Shown here one piece after another: positions 40,001 through 55,560 of a stretch of DNA of 64,000 nucleotides (within the stretch, counting starts at the first letter, position 1; the number at the start of each line of letters is the position of its first letter). Made by a program: the position numbers and the translations under genes. The notes below the pieces were generated by a model that was not told the DNA's origin, ran no database searches, and saw only the letters and a list, made by a program, of their open reading frames with translations. This stretch comes from Phoronis australis. Its lineage: Eukaryota > Animalia > Phoronida. Location of the stretch: assembly GCA_002633005.1 (NCBI GenBank), contig NMRA01000079.1:615225-679224 (forward strand), read 5' to 3'.

Positions 40001-43000
40001 TGTCAAATTTATCAACAAAAATAACTTTCAGGAAGATTTCTTTGCTTTTAGCATGTTTTGTATGGTATAACTAAAACCAGACAATTTAATTTTGCTAAAA
40101 TTTTGAGAATATGCAATAACGTGGTAAGCCTCGGAAAATAGAAATATGACAAATTAAGCAATCATTTTTGTTCCAAGGTTGGCTAAGACACGTGACTTTC
40201 CACACGGGTTAGACAAATTAGACAGTTTATAATATAGTAACTGCAGTCACACCTGTCCACTTTAACTCACCTGTAAAATCTGCTGTTCCAACTGAGAGTT
40301 ACCTTTACACAGGTTAACGAGTTGCTTAATGACCAACTTGGTACTCTCAGTCTTACCTGCCCCACTCTCGCCGCTGAAAATGAGTCATTTTTATTAATAG
40401 CAGCAGACCTGACAATTACAAAGCCTAATAGATTGACCATTCTGTTATTGATTGGGTCATGTGACCATGTCTGTTTAGCAGTAAAAGTTAGTGCAAAGCA
40501 AAACAATGGTTCAACAAGATGACAACATTTCTTTAATATGCTAGATACTCAAAATGAAATCTCATATGCATATTATCAGTAAACAATTGATTTCTTGCAT
40601 TAAAAGCATAATTATAATAGTACATTAACCAAATCACTGTGATGCCAAAATGTGCAATATCCAGTGAATGACTGTCATTCATTGAAATTCTTTAACGTGG
40701 ACACTCAGTCAATGTAGCCAATTTCTAACAGTTGGCACAAGCTCTGACCTTGAGCAATTTTCACTGTCTCAAACTAGAAAACTTTTACCAAAAGTCAAAA
40801 ATGCTAACTTCAACCTGTAGTTGATATTTAATACAATGGTAATGCCACTGTCTGTTATTCAGTGTCTTAGACAATTTTAAGGTTAGTGATATAGGACCTT
40901 ATCTGTAAGTGTATAATGAACCAAATATCTGCAAAACCATAAAATTTAACCAAAACCATGTAGTTTCTGACAGTAAAGTTACTTAGTAAAATTATATTTG
41001 CCACTTTATACAAATCTGCCAATAATTGCATAATGTGACTACGTCTTTTTTTCAAAATTTAGCCAAAAGGTACAAATCATAGCTGCTTCAGATCAACAAC
41101 ATTCATTTGACAAAATTTCATTTGATATTTTTTATGCTTAATTTAACCTAAAAAATGCTGCATTATAGTTACAGTTTTTTTAAATTTATCATAATTTCAC
41201 TTTCAGTTTATGCAACTTGTGAGATTTTTCATAAAAATCATGAAACTTCTTTTTTCGATAGCCAATCTTGCAAAAGTGGATCAGTTTGAAAACAATGTCT
41301 AATATCACTTTGGAGAACTGTACACACAGATTAGTATCTTAAAGTTTCCTTATTTGTATTCAATCAGCTTTCAGTGGTGTTCCCAAGTTGGCCAAATTTG
41401 GAAATTTTACGTCCTTACGAAACCTTGTGTCATAACTGTTCAGTTATCTCTCCTGTAACACCCACCTGATAAGCACACACTGGTTGATCTCTTTTCCGCT
41501 GGTATACCCCATCATGGCCTGGTATGCACTGTCGGCCACAGCAAACAGGTGAGGGGGATTGTGGGAAGTCTTGGCATTTTTGTACAGATCAGACTCCTGC
41601 AATTAACAAATCACATATTCTTAGATAGGCAGGGTTTAGCACAGAAATGACAAAAAGGTGATTTTCAAAGCTAAAATGGCTAAGCCACACAGATAGAGTT
41701 CAGGGGCCTGTTCTAAGAAACAGACTTAAGTTTATTTAATTTTTTACTTCAGTCAAAGATTTGTCTCAACTTGCAAACATTGAAACTCCCACATCCGGAA
41801 AAGTAGCCAAAATCAAGACAAAGGTTAAGTCAAAAATTTAAGTCAAACTTAAGATCTCTTTTTTTGAAATGGACATGAGAGTCAAATTTAAGTTTTATCT
41901 TAAAATTGACTGAAATTTAGGATTTCTCTTAGCTAAGTCAGTTTTCTTAAAACAGACCCCTGGGTAAAAATCAACTGCAGATTAAGGAAAAGAGAGTAAT
42001 TTTCTTTCATAAGCAATTCTGTGAGAATTTGTTTCACAAAAAATGACTGTAGTATCACAACTAAATTCTGCTGGGAAATGTGCACTGTACACACAATAAG
42101 TGGGTATATAGCTTACGCAGCAACACCAATTCTGCTTTTGAACATGTTGCAGTACGTTCATGTATTTTCAGTGACAGATGAGTTTTCCACTCACTCTGTC
42201 CGTGGAATGACATCCATAGGCACAGAAAAGACAGCAATGTTTCTTTGCTGTATAATCATAACATAACACTGGAGAACTTGCTTCTACTGGACTCTCATCA
42301 ATCCCCAAGCACTGGTCTACTACAAGTTTTAAGTCAGAACTAAAACAGGTTTTACAGATTTTTGCTTGGGGTAGTTTCCATGAAAAGTGACTTAAGTCAG
42401 AAATTTGGTCTTACACTCCAAACATTTATTTCCAAAAAATCTCACTTGAGCAAAGATGCAAAGCCTCTGAGAAAATACAAATAACGGTTAAACACTGAGA
42501 TAATTTCTATAAATTATTTCTAGACTGTACTTTTCTCAGTATTACTCCGTTGAATGATCAAATTCAGCTTCTGTCTTTAAAGTGACTTAAAAGTCACTTT
42601 CATGTAACATGGTTTGTTTTATGACCACAGAGAAATGTCGAATCATAATTTGTGCAGAATCTGGAACCACCAGGGAAAACTCTGCACTCTGACCACTCCC
42701 AGCATTACGTTGACACATCCAAGGTGGGTACAGACATACCTTTTGTCCATATATGGGCAGCTCCTTAAATGGATTGACAGCTACAAGGATATCTCCCACA
42801 TAGGTCTGAAACACAAGAACAGCAGGCTTAGCTGCAAGTGATTACATGTCTGGAAGTACATCGGCAAATGAACAAGACTGTAACTTTCGAAATAATTCAC
42901 TTCAATTACAATTCATTTCAAGTTGCTTGTAGACCCCTTTCATGAATTTTCATTTCATCTACTTATTGAACAGTTATGAAATTGGCCTCAACGCGTTCGT

Positions 43001-43634
43001 TACTCAATCAGGAAGTGATCACTGGGCTTGGAATGAACTTTCGGTATCGCTCGAGACCAGCTACAACAAGTCGACATATCATGGCAGCTGATCATTTATA
43101 CATCAAGCACGTTGTCAAGTAATAATGAACTGTCAGTTCTTTCCAAGATCAAAGTCATTTTTCACCTGCGTAACCCAATCCGATTCATAGATTCACATCT
43201 GATAAACATAGTGTTAAGAATGAGATGAGAGATCAGCTTAGTACTTAGTTAGTACAGGCCAAGAATGATATGATTCGACTTTAATTAACTTTCAAAAAGC
43301 TTTACCCTAGAAGCAGAAATTTGTAGTTCCTGACATTTTATCAAAAAAATCTTGCCAAAGACAGATGTTTGAGAAAATCATTGAGCGAATGACTCATAGA
43401 TTATAGTCATGTCACCGTGAAAAACAGGGGCACACCCTCACGAACGAGACACAGCCAAAGAAATCAATTTCCCAGCAGCATCATCGAGTTCAAGACAAAA
43501 TATCAACACAGAAAGTTCCTTACGTAAATGACATCACTTTGGTATCTGACTTTCAATTCCTGTAACAATATCTGCTCGTCTAACTTGGAAAGAGAAGCCA
43601 GGTCCTCCACTTGTCCAACAGGTGGTCGGTCCAT
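4078..43634 (-). CDS. Myo28: Unconventional myosin, myosin-III-related motor without kinase domain, 1 IQ, SH2 domain, Tyr-rich tail (class XXVIII-like; would often be auto-annotated 'myosin-IIIb-like'); about 1052 aa, 29 exons
   Basis: Phase-consistent GT-AG exons in transcript order: 43634-43524, 42805-42740, 41596-41466, 40373-40271 (P-loop GESGAGKT), 39745-39643 (switch [10 protein letters not shown]), 38839-38683 ([15 protein letters not shown]), 37236-37131, 36007-35888, 34734-34626, 34383-34270, 33231-33131 (switch II DIFGFE), 32595-32509, 31923-31858 ([10 protein letters not shown]), 31633-31517, 30726-30484, 28982-28863 ([10 protein letters not shown]; second copy 26572-26453), 24294-24209, 22672-22577, 15822-15731, 13763-13599 (IQ: [11 protein letters not shown]), 12300-12209, 11102-10984, 10390-10307 (WFHGIITRR), 8944-8855 (FLIRVSES), 8311-8194, 7562-7434, 6519-6469, 4638-4525, 4146-4078 (TGA). 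Total 3159 nt, in frame. The myosin call is secure; the class assignment and the last three exons are less so. Confidence 0.92.
4771..5852 (+). mobile_element. Interspersed repeat with internal A-A-B-B duplication; an inverted homolog lies at 63381-63922
   Basis: Block A (tcccgttgctcccaacttgttc..gggaagtttaccc..tagccaatatcttaca..aaaatcgcccaact) occurs at about 4771-5113 and 5132-5487. Block B (gcagttaacaaa..agatgttatc..actgaacg..aaaacgctgt) occurs twice within about 5490-5852. The reverse complement is present at the right end of the window. Confidence 0.75.
8194..10390 (-). CDS. SH2-domain exons of the myosin tail
   Basis: Three exons (10390-10307, 8944-8855, 8311-8194) read [78 protein letters not shown]. 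They contain the canonical SH2 WFHG, FLIR(V)SES (pTyr-binding Arg) and LVxYH elements. Confidence 0.9.
9578..10038. mobile_element. MITE-like element with terminal inverted repeats, CpG-rich interior
   Basis: Left end ctatgatgggccattggaggaaagtgtcgccg matches the reverse complement of the right end, ctatggtgggccgttgaggggaaagtgtcgccg. The interior has repeated ttacg/cgtaa motifs. Confidence 0.75.
13970..15710 (+). mobile_element. Helentron-associated (HINE-like) non-autonomous element with ~150-bp core repeats
   Basis: 5' end ACAAGAG..TGTGCCCAC (duplicated at 14146), tandem ~140-200 bp cores, a (GACG)-type microsatellite at about 15611-15661, a 3' hairpin atgtgtccacatat-aa-atatgtgggcgcat (15674-15703) whose arm is the inverted partner of the 5' TGTGCCCAC, and an A-rich end. 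A 5' fragment recurs at about 38915-39012. Confidence 0.7.
17325..20490. mobile_element. About 3.2-kb TIR DNA transposon remnant with subterminal CCATGG-palindrome arrays (superfamily uncertain, possibly CMC/EnSpm-like)
   Basis: Left end ccctgcgaaatgtta..tggttgaccatgg and right-end reverse complement tgcgaaatgtta..agttgaccatgg. Dense AACCATGGTT repeats at 17340-17625 and 20115-20575. No intact transposase seen. Confidence 0.6.
20189..20319. repeat. 23-bp tandem repeat TTAGTAACCATGATCAACCATTA, about 5.7 copies
   Basis: Units start at 20189, 20212, 20235, 20258, 20281 and 20304. Confidence 0.9.
25341..25410. mobile_element. Tiny inverted-repeat element (CATGGGCG...CGCCCATG), tandemly doubled in the first duplication copy and single in the second (about 27752-27820)
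   Basis: 8-bp terminal inverted repeat and a G/C-run interior. A related unit immediately precedes it at about 25269-25337. Confidence 0.5.
26453..26572 (-). CDS. Second identical copy of myosin exon 16 ([40 protein letters not shown]) inside a tandem duplication
   Basis: The sequence and both splice sites are identical to 28863-28982. The exon is 120 nt, phase 0-0. Confidence 0.6.
29894..30313. repeat. 28-bp minisatellite TTGCTTGAGACAAGACTTGTCACACCAA, about 15 copies
   Basis: tgcttgag recurs every 28 bp (29923, 29951, ...). Each unit has an internal palindrome GACAAG-A-CTTGTC. Confidence 0.92.
30985..31180 (+). repeat. Dispersed AT-rich repeat, homologous to about 39975-40170
   Basis: Shared colinear blocks: gacag.tgaaattt.attttgt, caacaaaaataacttt.cagg, tttgctttta.catg.ttt, tgcaa.aa.gtgg, gaaatatg.caa.tt.agc. 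Confidence 0.55.
34866..35062 (+). repeat. Dispersed repeat, copy 2 (homologous to 2508-2702)
   Basis: Same shared blocks in the same order as copy 1. Confidence 0.65.
36944..37163. repeat. 55-bp tandem repeat x4 spanning the myosin exon 7 3' end and its splice donor
   Basis: Units 36944-36998, 36999-37053, 37054-37108 and 37109-37163. Each reads on the minus strand AATGCCATGGACTTGGTTGGATTCACATCCGAG|GTAGGGGCCCATGGGTAATTGG, with single substitutions in two units. Confidence 0.95.
38915..39012 (+). mobile_element. Truncated 5' fragment of the same HINE-like family
   Basis: aagagcaaggcagagcgttgaaatgtgcccac...ttaaaaatggtcactagatggcgcaaaa matches 13972-14076 and 14146-14256. Confidence 0.7.
39343..39362. 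other. Assembly gap (N run) preceded by a poly-G tract
   Basis: 20 N after a G homopolymer. Confidence 0.95.
41701..41962. mobile_element. PIF/Harbinger-like MITE
   Basis: Left end CAG-GGGCCTGTTCTAAGAAACAGACTTA versus right-end reverse complement CAG-GGGTCTGTTTTAAGAAAACTGACTTA. CWG flanks; interior gacttaagtc motifs. Confidence 0.7.
42368..42610. mobile_element. Degenerate MITE (inverted catgaaa(a)gtgactt..aagtc ends)
   Basis: ttccatgaaaagtgacttaagtc versus the reverse complement of gacttaaaagtcactttcatgtaac. Confidence 0.5.
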
Positions 43635-44144
43635 TTTTGTTTACAATGGAGTAGTTTCCGGCTGGGAGTGTATCGGGAAACAGCCTTTCGACTAATGCTG
43701 TAGGACTATGAAGTTGAGAATAAACGAAAGTAAACTCGACGGAAGATACCATAGAGAGGAGTGGATCAATGATTTTTATGATACAAAACATGTATTGCAC
43801 CCGCAATTTTTATTTGCACCCGTGTGAGTAGCGCCCTCTAGTGTGGAAAAAGCGTGGCATAGAAGTTCAAGTTGTTTACAAATTTAGCTGGAGGCATTTG
43901 CACATTTTGTTGTCACTGGGTTTAGTTCTTGAGGTAATTTATTTTTAACATCATAAAATGCTGCCTGTAGAACGTGTTGATATAAGTGCTACGACAGTGT
44001 TGTTGCGACAATCCCTGAATCAGTTGTAACTAACTTGCAAAAGCCAAGGCGCCAAGGGAAGGCGCTCAGACTCGTCCACTTCCAGTTCCACTTCAATCGA
44101 GTCAGAGACTCGGCAAACTTGTCAGCACCAGTCCGATGTTGCTG

Positions 44145-44213
44145 ACAGGCACCTTTTATCAGCCGCCCAACGGTTTACTGTATATCGTCGGGCGGCTGAT
44201 CAAAGGTGCCTGT
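44145..44213. other. 69-bp near-perfect hairpin between the divergent myosin and PRRC1 genes
   Basis: 28-nt arms ACAGGCACCTTTTATCAGCCGCCCAACG / CGTCGGGCGGCTGATCAAAGGTGCCTGT with 2 mismatches and a 13-nt centre. Confidence 0.85.
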
Positions 44214-44770
44214 GGTCCCGACGCCCCGACCCTGGCTTAACTGAATGTTACTTCCGTTCCAAGATTCACAGTCACAGTGAGTCACAGACAATGACTTTGT
44301 CTCAAGTCAAGTGCCTTGCTGTGACATTACAAAACTCTCTTGTTTGTTTTTTACTCCAAAGGACTTGGAAGGTCGGTTTACACGGACAAAATTTCCAGAT
44401 GCGTGTAAAATTGTATTTAATAACATGTGGTCACAAGGTTATATAATATACCAATACCTGTGCACTCTAGACTTAAGGGCTGTTATGAAAGAGGAGTTAT
44501 GCACAATTCTTGTTGGTAGGTTGAGCATGTGTCGGTTGCCACTGGAACAATTTTTATGTAAAAGGGAACACTCACCAGACTGGTAGTATAATTATAGAAG
44601 AAACATTTGAAATGACCAATGAGTTAAAAACTTCAGGAAGTCGAACTAAAGAGAGGTTTCATGTTACAAGAACTTCAGGAAGATAAACTTTCCCGGTTCA
44701 CCGTAAACGGACGTCATTTTTCTCTTTGGATACTCTAAAAGCTCTTCATTTTTTCTTTCCAAAATGAAAG

Positions 44771-44826
44771 CAAGCACCTTGCCTATTACTCCATGACTCA
44801 AGCACCTTGCCTATCACTCCATGACT
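44771..44826. repeat. 28-bp direct repeat x2 (CAAGCACCTTGCCTATYACTCCATGACT)
   Basis: 44771-44798 and 44799-44826, one mismatch. Confidence 0.9.
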
Positions 44827-45798
44827 GTCCTTGTTTGTCAGGAAGAGAGGGTTACCTTGTTCCTTGTAACGTATTCAACTGACCTGTCCGTAGGCTCTAA
44901 CCTAAAAGTAGTCCAAAGCTGCAGCTGCTTGTTGGCTCAGTTCAATCAGGTGCTTCCAGCTCATGTAGATGTTCATGCTGTGTCTGTTATGGGAGATAAC
45001 TCCAACATATGTTCCTAATTCACATGGACGCTAATTTGAAATTTTCTACACGCTGTGATTGTTGCTGTAATTCGAAATCCTGCTATTAAGTCATCCCATA
45101 ACGTGAATGGTTGTGATGCATTCTCTGTTGGGACTTCAAAGACTGAACTGGACACGCTGTTATGATCGATTCCAATAGGTTGGTCCATCAACAGAGAGAA
45201 AAGTGAAAGCAAGTGTCTTGATTCATTAGGCAACACTTATCTTAACGCAATCAGCTTTTGAAATGTTAGGTGTTAGGACAATATTACTCCCAGATAGGCA
45301 TGACGTCAAATGTCATCCACTGAACGAAGACCTGCGATTTGCTTAGATATTTTGACCATCCTGAGTGGATGCCCTGGCCATTTGGGATGGTCTAAAGTTG
45401 AAATTGCATTATAAAACAACTTCCTGAGATGCTCTAAATTCACCACTTCCAGTTTTGATGGGATTGTTGATGGACTGGCTCACTAACATAGGTACACTAG
45501 AAGCTTGACTAATTTATGATTATCTGTCCCCAGGGTTCATATTAAAGCTAAGGGACAAAATGAGTAAAAGTGCGATGTGTTAGTCCATGATCTGAGAACC
45601 AGATACTTCATCTGAAGTATTTGGAAATAACTGGTTCCCTTTCACATTATCAGAATCCGTGACAGTTACTTCCTATTTTCTCTGCAAGAAGCCCCTGGTT
45701 TTGTCAGTTTTACTTATAGGATTTGAGGAACATGTTAATGCTGCTGTCTACTTTTAAATTTATTTTTATGTTCAACTTGAGAAGCATTTTAATATCTT

Positions 45799-46095
45799 CT
45801 GGGGCCTGTTCCTCAAATAGTAATTGTTTTTGTCTTTTGGCTAAAAATCCATCTAGTGGCTTGGCCTATTTCATGAAAACGGGCTATTAGACTAGAAGTT
45901 AGAAAATCTGTCTACAAAATACAGTTAGTCTAAGTCGAGAGATGGAAATCTGTAGTCTGCTGAACTAGACAGATGACAAAACGTTTTGAGAAACACAAGA
46001 GACAAATATTCAACTTTTAAAGGTTTGCATTCAGAATAACATTTTAATTTTTTGTTAAAACAAAAGCCATTAGTCTCTTGAGAAAGAAGGCCCTG
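45799..46095. mobile_element. PIF/Harbinger-like MITE upstream of the PRRC1 first coding exon
   Basis: Left end CTG-GGGCCTGTTCCTCAA versus right-end reverse complement CAG-GGCCTTCTTTCTCAA. The termini resemble the element at 41701. Confidence 0.5.
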
Positions 46096-46215
46096 ATCAG
46101 CTTTACTTCAAGTTTTGAAAGTTTGCTTGTTTGAAACATTGTTATTGAAGTTCAAATTTTGGTTCTTTTGTCCAGGTTCTTGGTTAGGTGATTTCTGCAT
46201 CACCTTGTAATCAAA

Positions 46216-52285
<6,070 letters not shown>

Positions 52286-52966
52286 GATGTTCTCGTAGGC
52301 TGTTGTTGAAGGAAGAGTGCATCGGGGTCTTGTTACTAACTGCAGTGCAGTATATAGTGGTTGGTTTGGTACAGCCTGTTGAGTTTGGGACATAGAAATC
52401 AACATTTTGAGCCCCACGCAACAGTAAGGAGGACAAGCATATGTCACCAACTTCAAAAAAAAAGAAAAAGTAAACTTTAAAGTCGACTAAATCCAGTAAG
52501 TGGTGGTGAAACTTGCAGCTGAAGCATACAATGAACTCCATTATGTGGAATTTGGAACGCTTTAAAGTTTCCGCACCAACATATGAACCAAAACAGTTAG
52601 TTTTCAAATGTGGCACTGCATGGGGCTTTTTAATTTTAAAAATGGAGTTTTTACCTGTAGAATAGAACTCTGACAATTGAACAAGTGTTTGTAATCTATA
52701 ATATTTCGTCCACTCGATTGGCTTTTGGGCAAAGGTAGATTTGCGGTTTCTATGATTCTTATCTTGTGATATCGCAAGTTGCTAAAATTTGGAACAACTT
52801 CTGAACTAAAAAAAGTGTCACTGTACCAAACTGAAGAACTGTTAAGTGTAAATATGCTTACATGAGGCATAACAATAGTGGTCTGAGCTTTCTGTATCCT
52901 GTGCTCGATGCGTTTTTAGAGTTGATGAGACTGCATAGTAACTGAGCGTGGAGAAATTTTTGGACA

Positions 52967-53279
52967 GCTAGGGCCCAGGGTCTAATCTTTGTACTTGAAA
53001 CTGAGCTCCAGATTAGTTTTGACATTTTCTGTTCTACTTCTGTCAAACTCAAGTGTCTGCTTATCTCAATGTATGAGTTGAGTACTTTATAGTCTCTGTG
53101 TGTGCGCGCGTGCGTGCGTGTGTGCCAGGACTAGACACTTATCCACAGAGACTATTTTGCAGAGGAGCAGAGAAAAACAGACACTTGAGTTTGCACAGAA
53201 AACGCCAAAATAATTTTGAGTTCGGTTTAGAGTTTTAGAGTACAAAGGTACATGTAAAATTCAGAGCCCTTGACACTAG
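52967..53279. mobile_element. MITE-like inverted-repeat element
   Basis: The left arm ctttgtact..gagctcc..ttttgacattttctgt..caaactcaagtgtctg mirrors the right arm cagacacttgagtttg..agaaaacgccaaaa..agtacaaag. A short (TG/CG)n tract lies in the centre. Confidence 0.6.
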
Positions 53280-55560
53280 GTGAAAACAGGTTAAAAAACA
53301 AAGTGTATTTTTTTCTTGGCTTAGCTGCTATTATATGTCTTATTTCTGTCGAAGAGTCGCTTTCGATTTAGATCACTTGCCATTTTATAACTGGTCTTGG
53401 CCTCTTCATTACTTAGTTTCCTTCTGTTCATTACATAGGTAAGTCGTGATTTATGGGCCTGGTGAAGAACTGACACTGAGTTTGTTCAGGGTTACTTCAG
53501 ACTAGTGCAAACTCTGCAAGTTTTCTTGAAGCAGAAGGTCATTTTATGCACTGAGTAAGGTCTCAAGCGATTACAAACTGTCACTTCTTCCAAGCCCTGA
53601 GGTCACTTCCTGTTTGAGTTAGGAACAGTTGAAACTTGTTTATAGCAGTATGAAGTGACATCTGGGGGAGGGTTTGAGAAAACATGATTTTAATAAATTT
53701 AGACATGGCTAATGTACTATGGAATGACCAACAGTTTGCTTTACTATCACTGACATGATCCTGATTGTTTCCCTAAACAGTTAATTTCCAGATATTTTTC
53801 TTAATTGCTGTACTTCAAAATCTACTTAAATGTGGTCTTAACTAGAACTGATTTTTTTTTGTAAAAATTTAAAGACATGTAGTTGTTCAACATATACCAT
53901 TGTGATGGCAAATTCTGGGAAAGATTGTGAATTGGTGGCTAGATTGTTGAGATGGTGGTTTTTGGTGACAACAGGTTTGTAGTCAAGACTAATGTATCTT
54001 TTTGATATTTTTGAGAATAGGTACATCTCAAGGTTTCTTCAAGAGTGCATCACTGTTTCTTGGGCAATATTTATAAATACAGTGCTGAAATGTGTGGTTG
54101 ATGTTTCTATAGGTCACTGACTGGGTTTATTGTTCACTGCTCTTTGAAATTTATTCAAATCCTTATTACAGAGGAAAGTTCTCTTTTTAAAAAGTCGATT
54201 TTCGTCTATCTGTGAACCGGTGGCAAGCAATAATGGAATGTCACTCTATTCTTTCCAAGCTCATAAGTAATTTCCCGTTCCATCGAAGTGACATTATCTG
54301 GGGCAATGTTCTCAAAAGTCTGCGGTTTCAATAACTCTTGACTTTGATCAGGTCGTTGAACCGCACAGCCAGTTATCAGTACCACAGGTCATCGAGTTTT
54401 CAAAGCGAATTTGGGCATTCACGAGTTTTGTATTATCATGCCGTTGACTGGCCGAGATAATTCGAAATTTTTTTGGAAATCGTTGAGCCGTATTCAGTCG
54501 GTTAATTAGTCAAAGGCTGGAAACAAAAGTTTTCCAAAAGCAATCGGTTTACGCTTTAAGTCAAACAAAAGTAAACATGAAAATGTCAAGCTTCTTACCC
54601 GGCCTGTCACTGCCGTAATAACTTGAGCTCGCTTTTCTAGAAATGTGGCATGTCGCACAGCAAAGAGTCTGGCGACCAATTTCGCTCCTAAATGTTTTTT
54701 CTGAGAGTGGAGAAACAATTGCTCCGTCTCGGCTTAAGTGAACTTTGGAACCCTGTGCTAGGTACCTGCGATTTATCAAGATCACGAAACCTAACAGATT
54801 TTGAGGTGTTACATGCGCTTGTACATGCCAAAAGTTCAACAATGTAAAAATATCAGTCCTTTCCAAAAGCAAGTTTTCCCCGTAAAGTATGTGTGCTTTT
54901 ATATGAAAGGGCTGCACGGAGCTAGCGGATCTAGATAGCTGCATAAAGAAGGGAGACGGGAGGCATTACAGCGGCGCGGTTGTCGAAGGAAAATGCCCTC
55001 GTAGTCCCTAAGGTGGGCATACCCGGCCGACGGCGAATCAGTCGGGAAATTCTCGGCAAGTGTCAGGAATGACAATATAACCAAATTCTCAGATGAATAG
55101 TCTTATGGAAATCTGACAGGAACATGATAGTCGCACACCTTGCCCCGTACAATGTATAACCAAGTCTTTTGAAGCGTCTTCTCTGCGTGGCTACTCATAC
55201 CCCCCGCCTCGCATGCATTTGTGCGCTGCGACTGAATTCGTGACTGAAGAGAATGGAGCACGTATACATGTAGTAGCATGTCTCCCAGTCAACGTGATGT
55301 TAAACGTATTGCCTTACTAAGAACTCGGGTAAAATAAAATATTAGTAGCGTTGTATGTGCCATACCAAGCCTGGACGCAGACTTGTGACGTCGAAAATAT
55401 TTGTGTAGTCTCCGGCACCTCATCGAACCCCGTGACCTATACAGTACATCTCGCTAACCCGAAGCCGAGGGCAGCTACGCTGTCTTATTTTCATCTGAGT
55501 GGCGTGAGCAGTAGCCTACAAGATAGGTTATCAACGGACTTGCCAAAAACAACTCTGGCG

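Noticed and set aside
54561-54944. 127-aa minus-strand ORF
   Set aside because: No recognisable motif, non-ATG start in the track and no supporting exon structure.
55351-55560. N-terminal extension of the SDR ORF
   Set aside because: The track starts at a TTG; the first ATG in a good context is 55561 and gives a normal SDR length.
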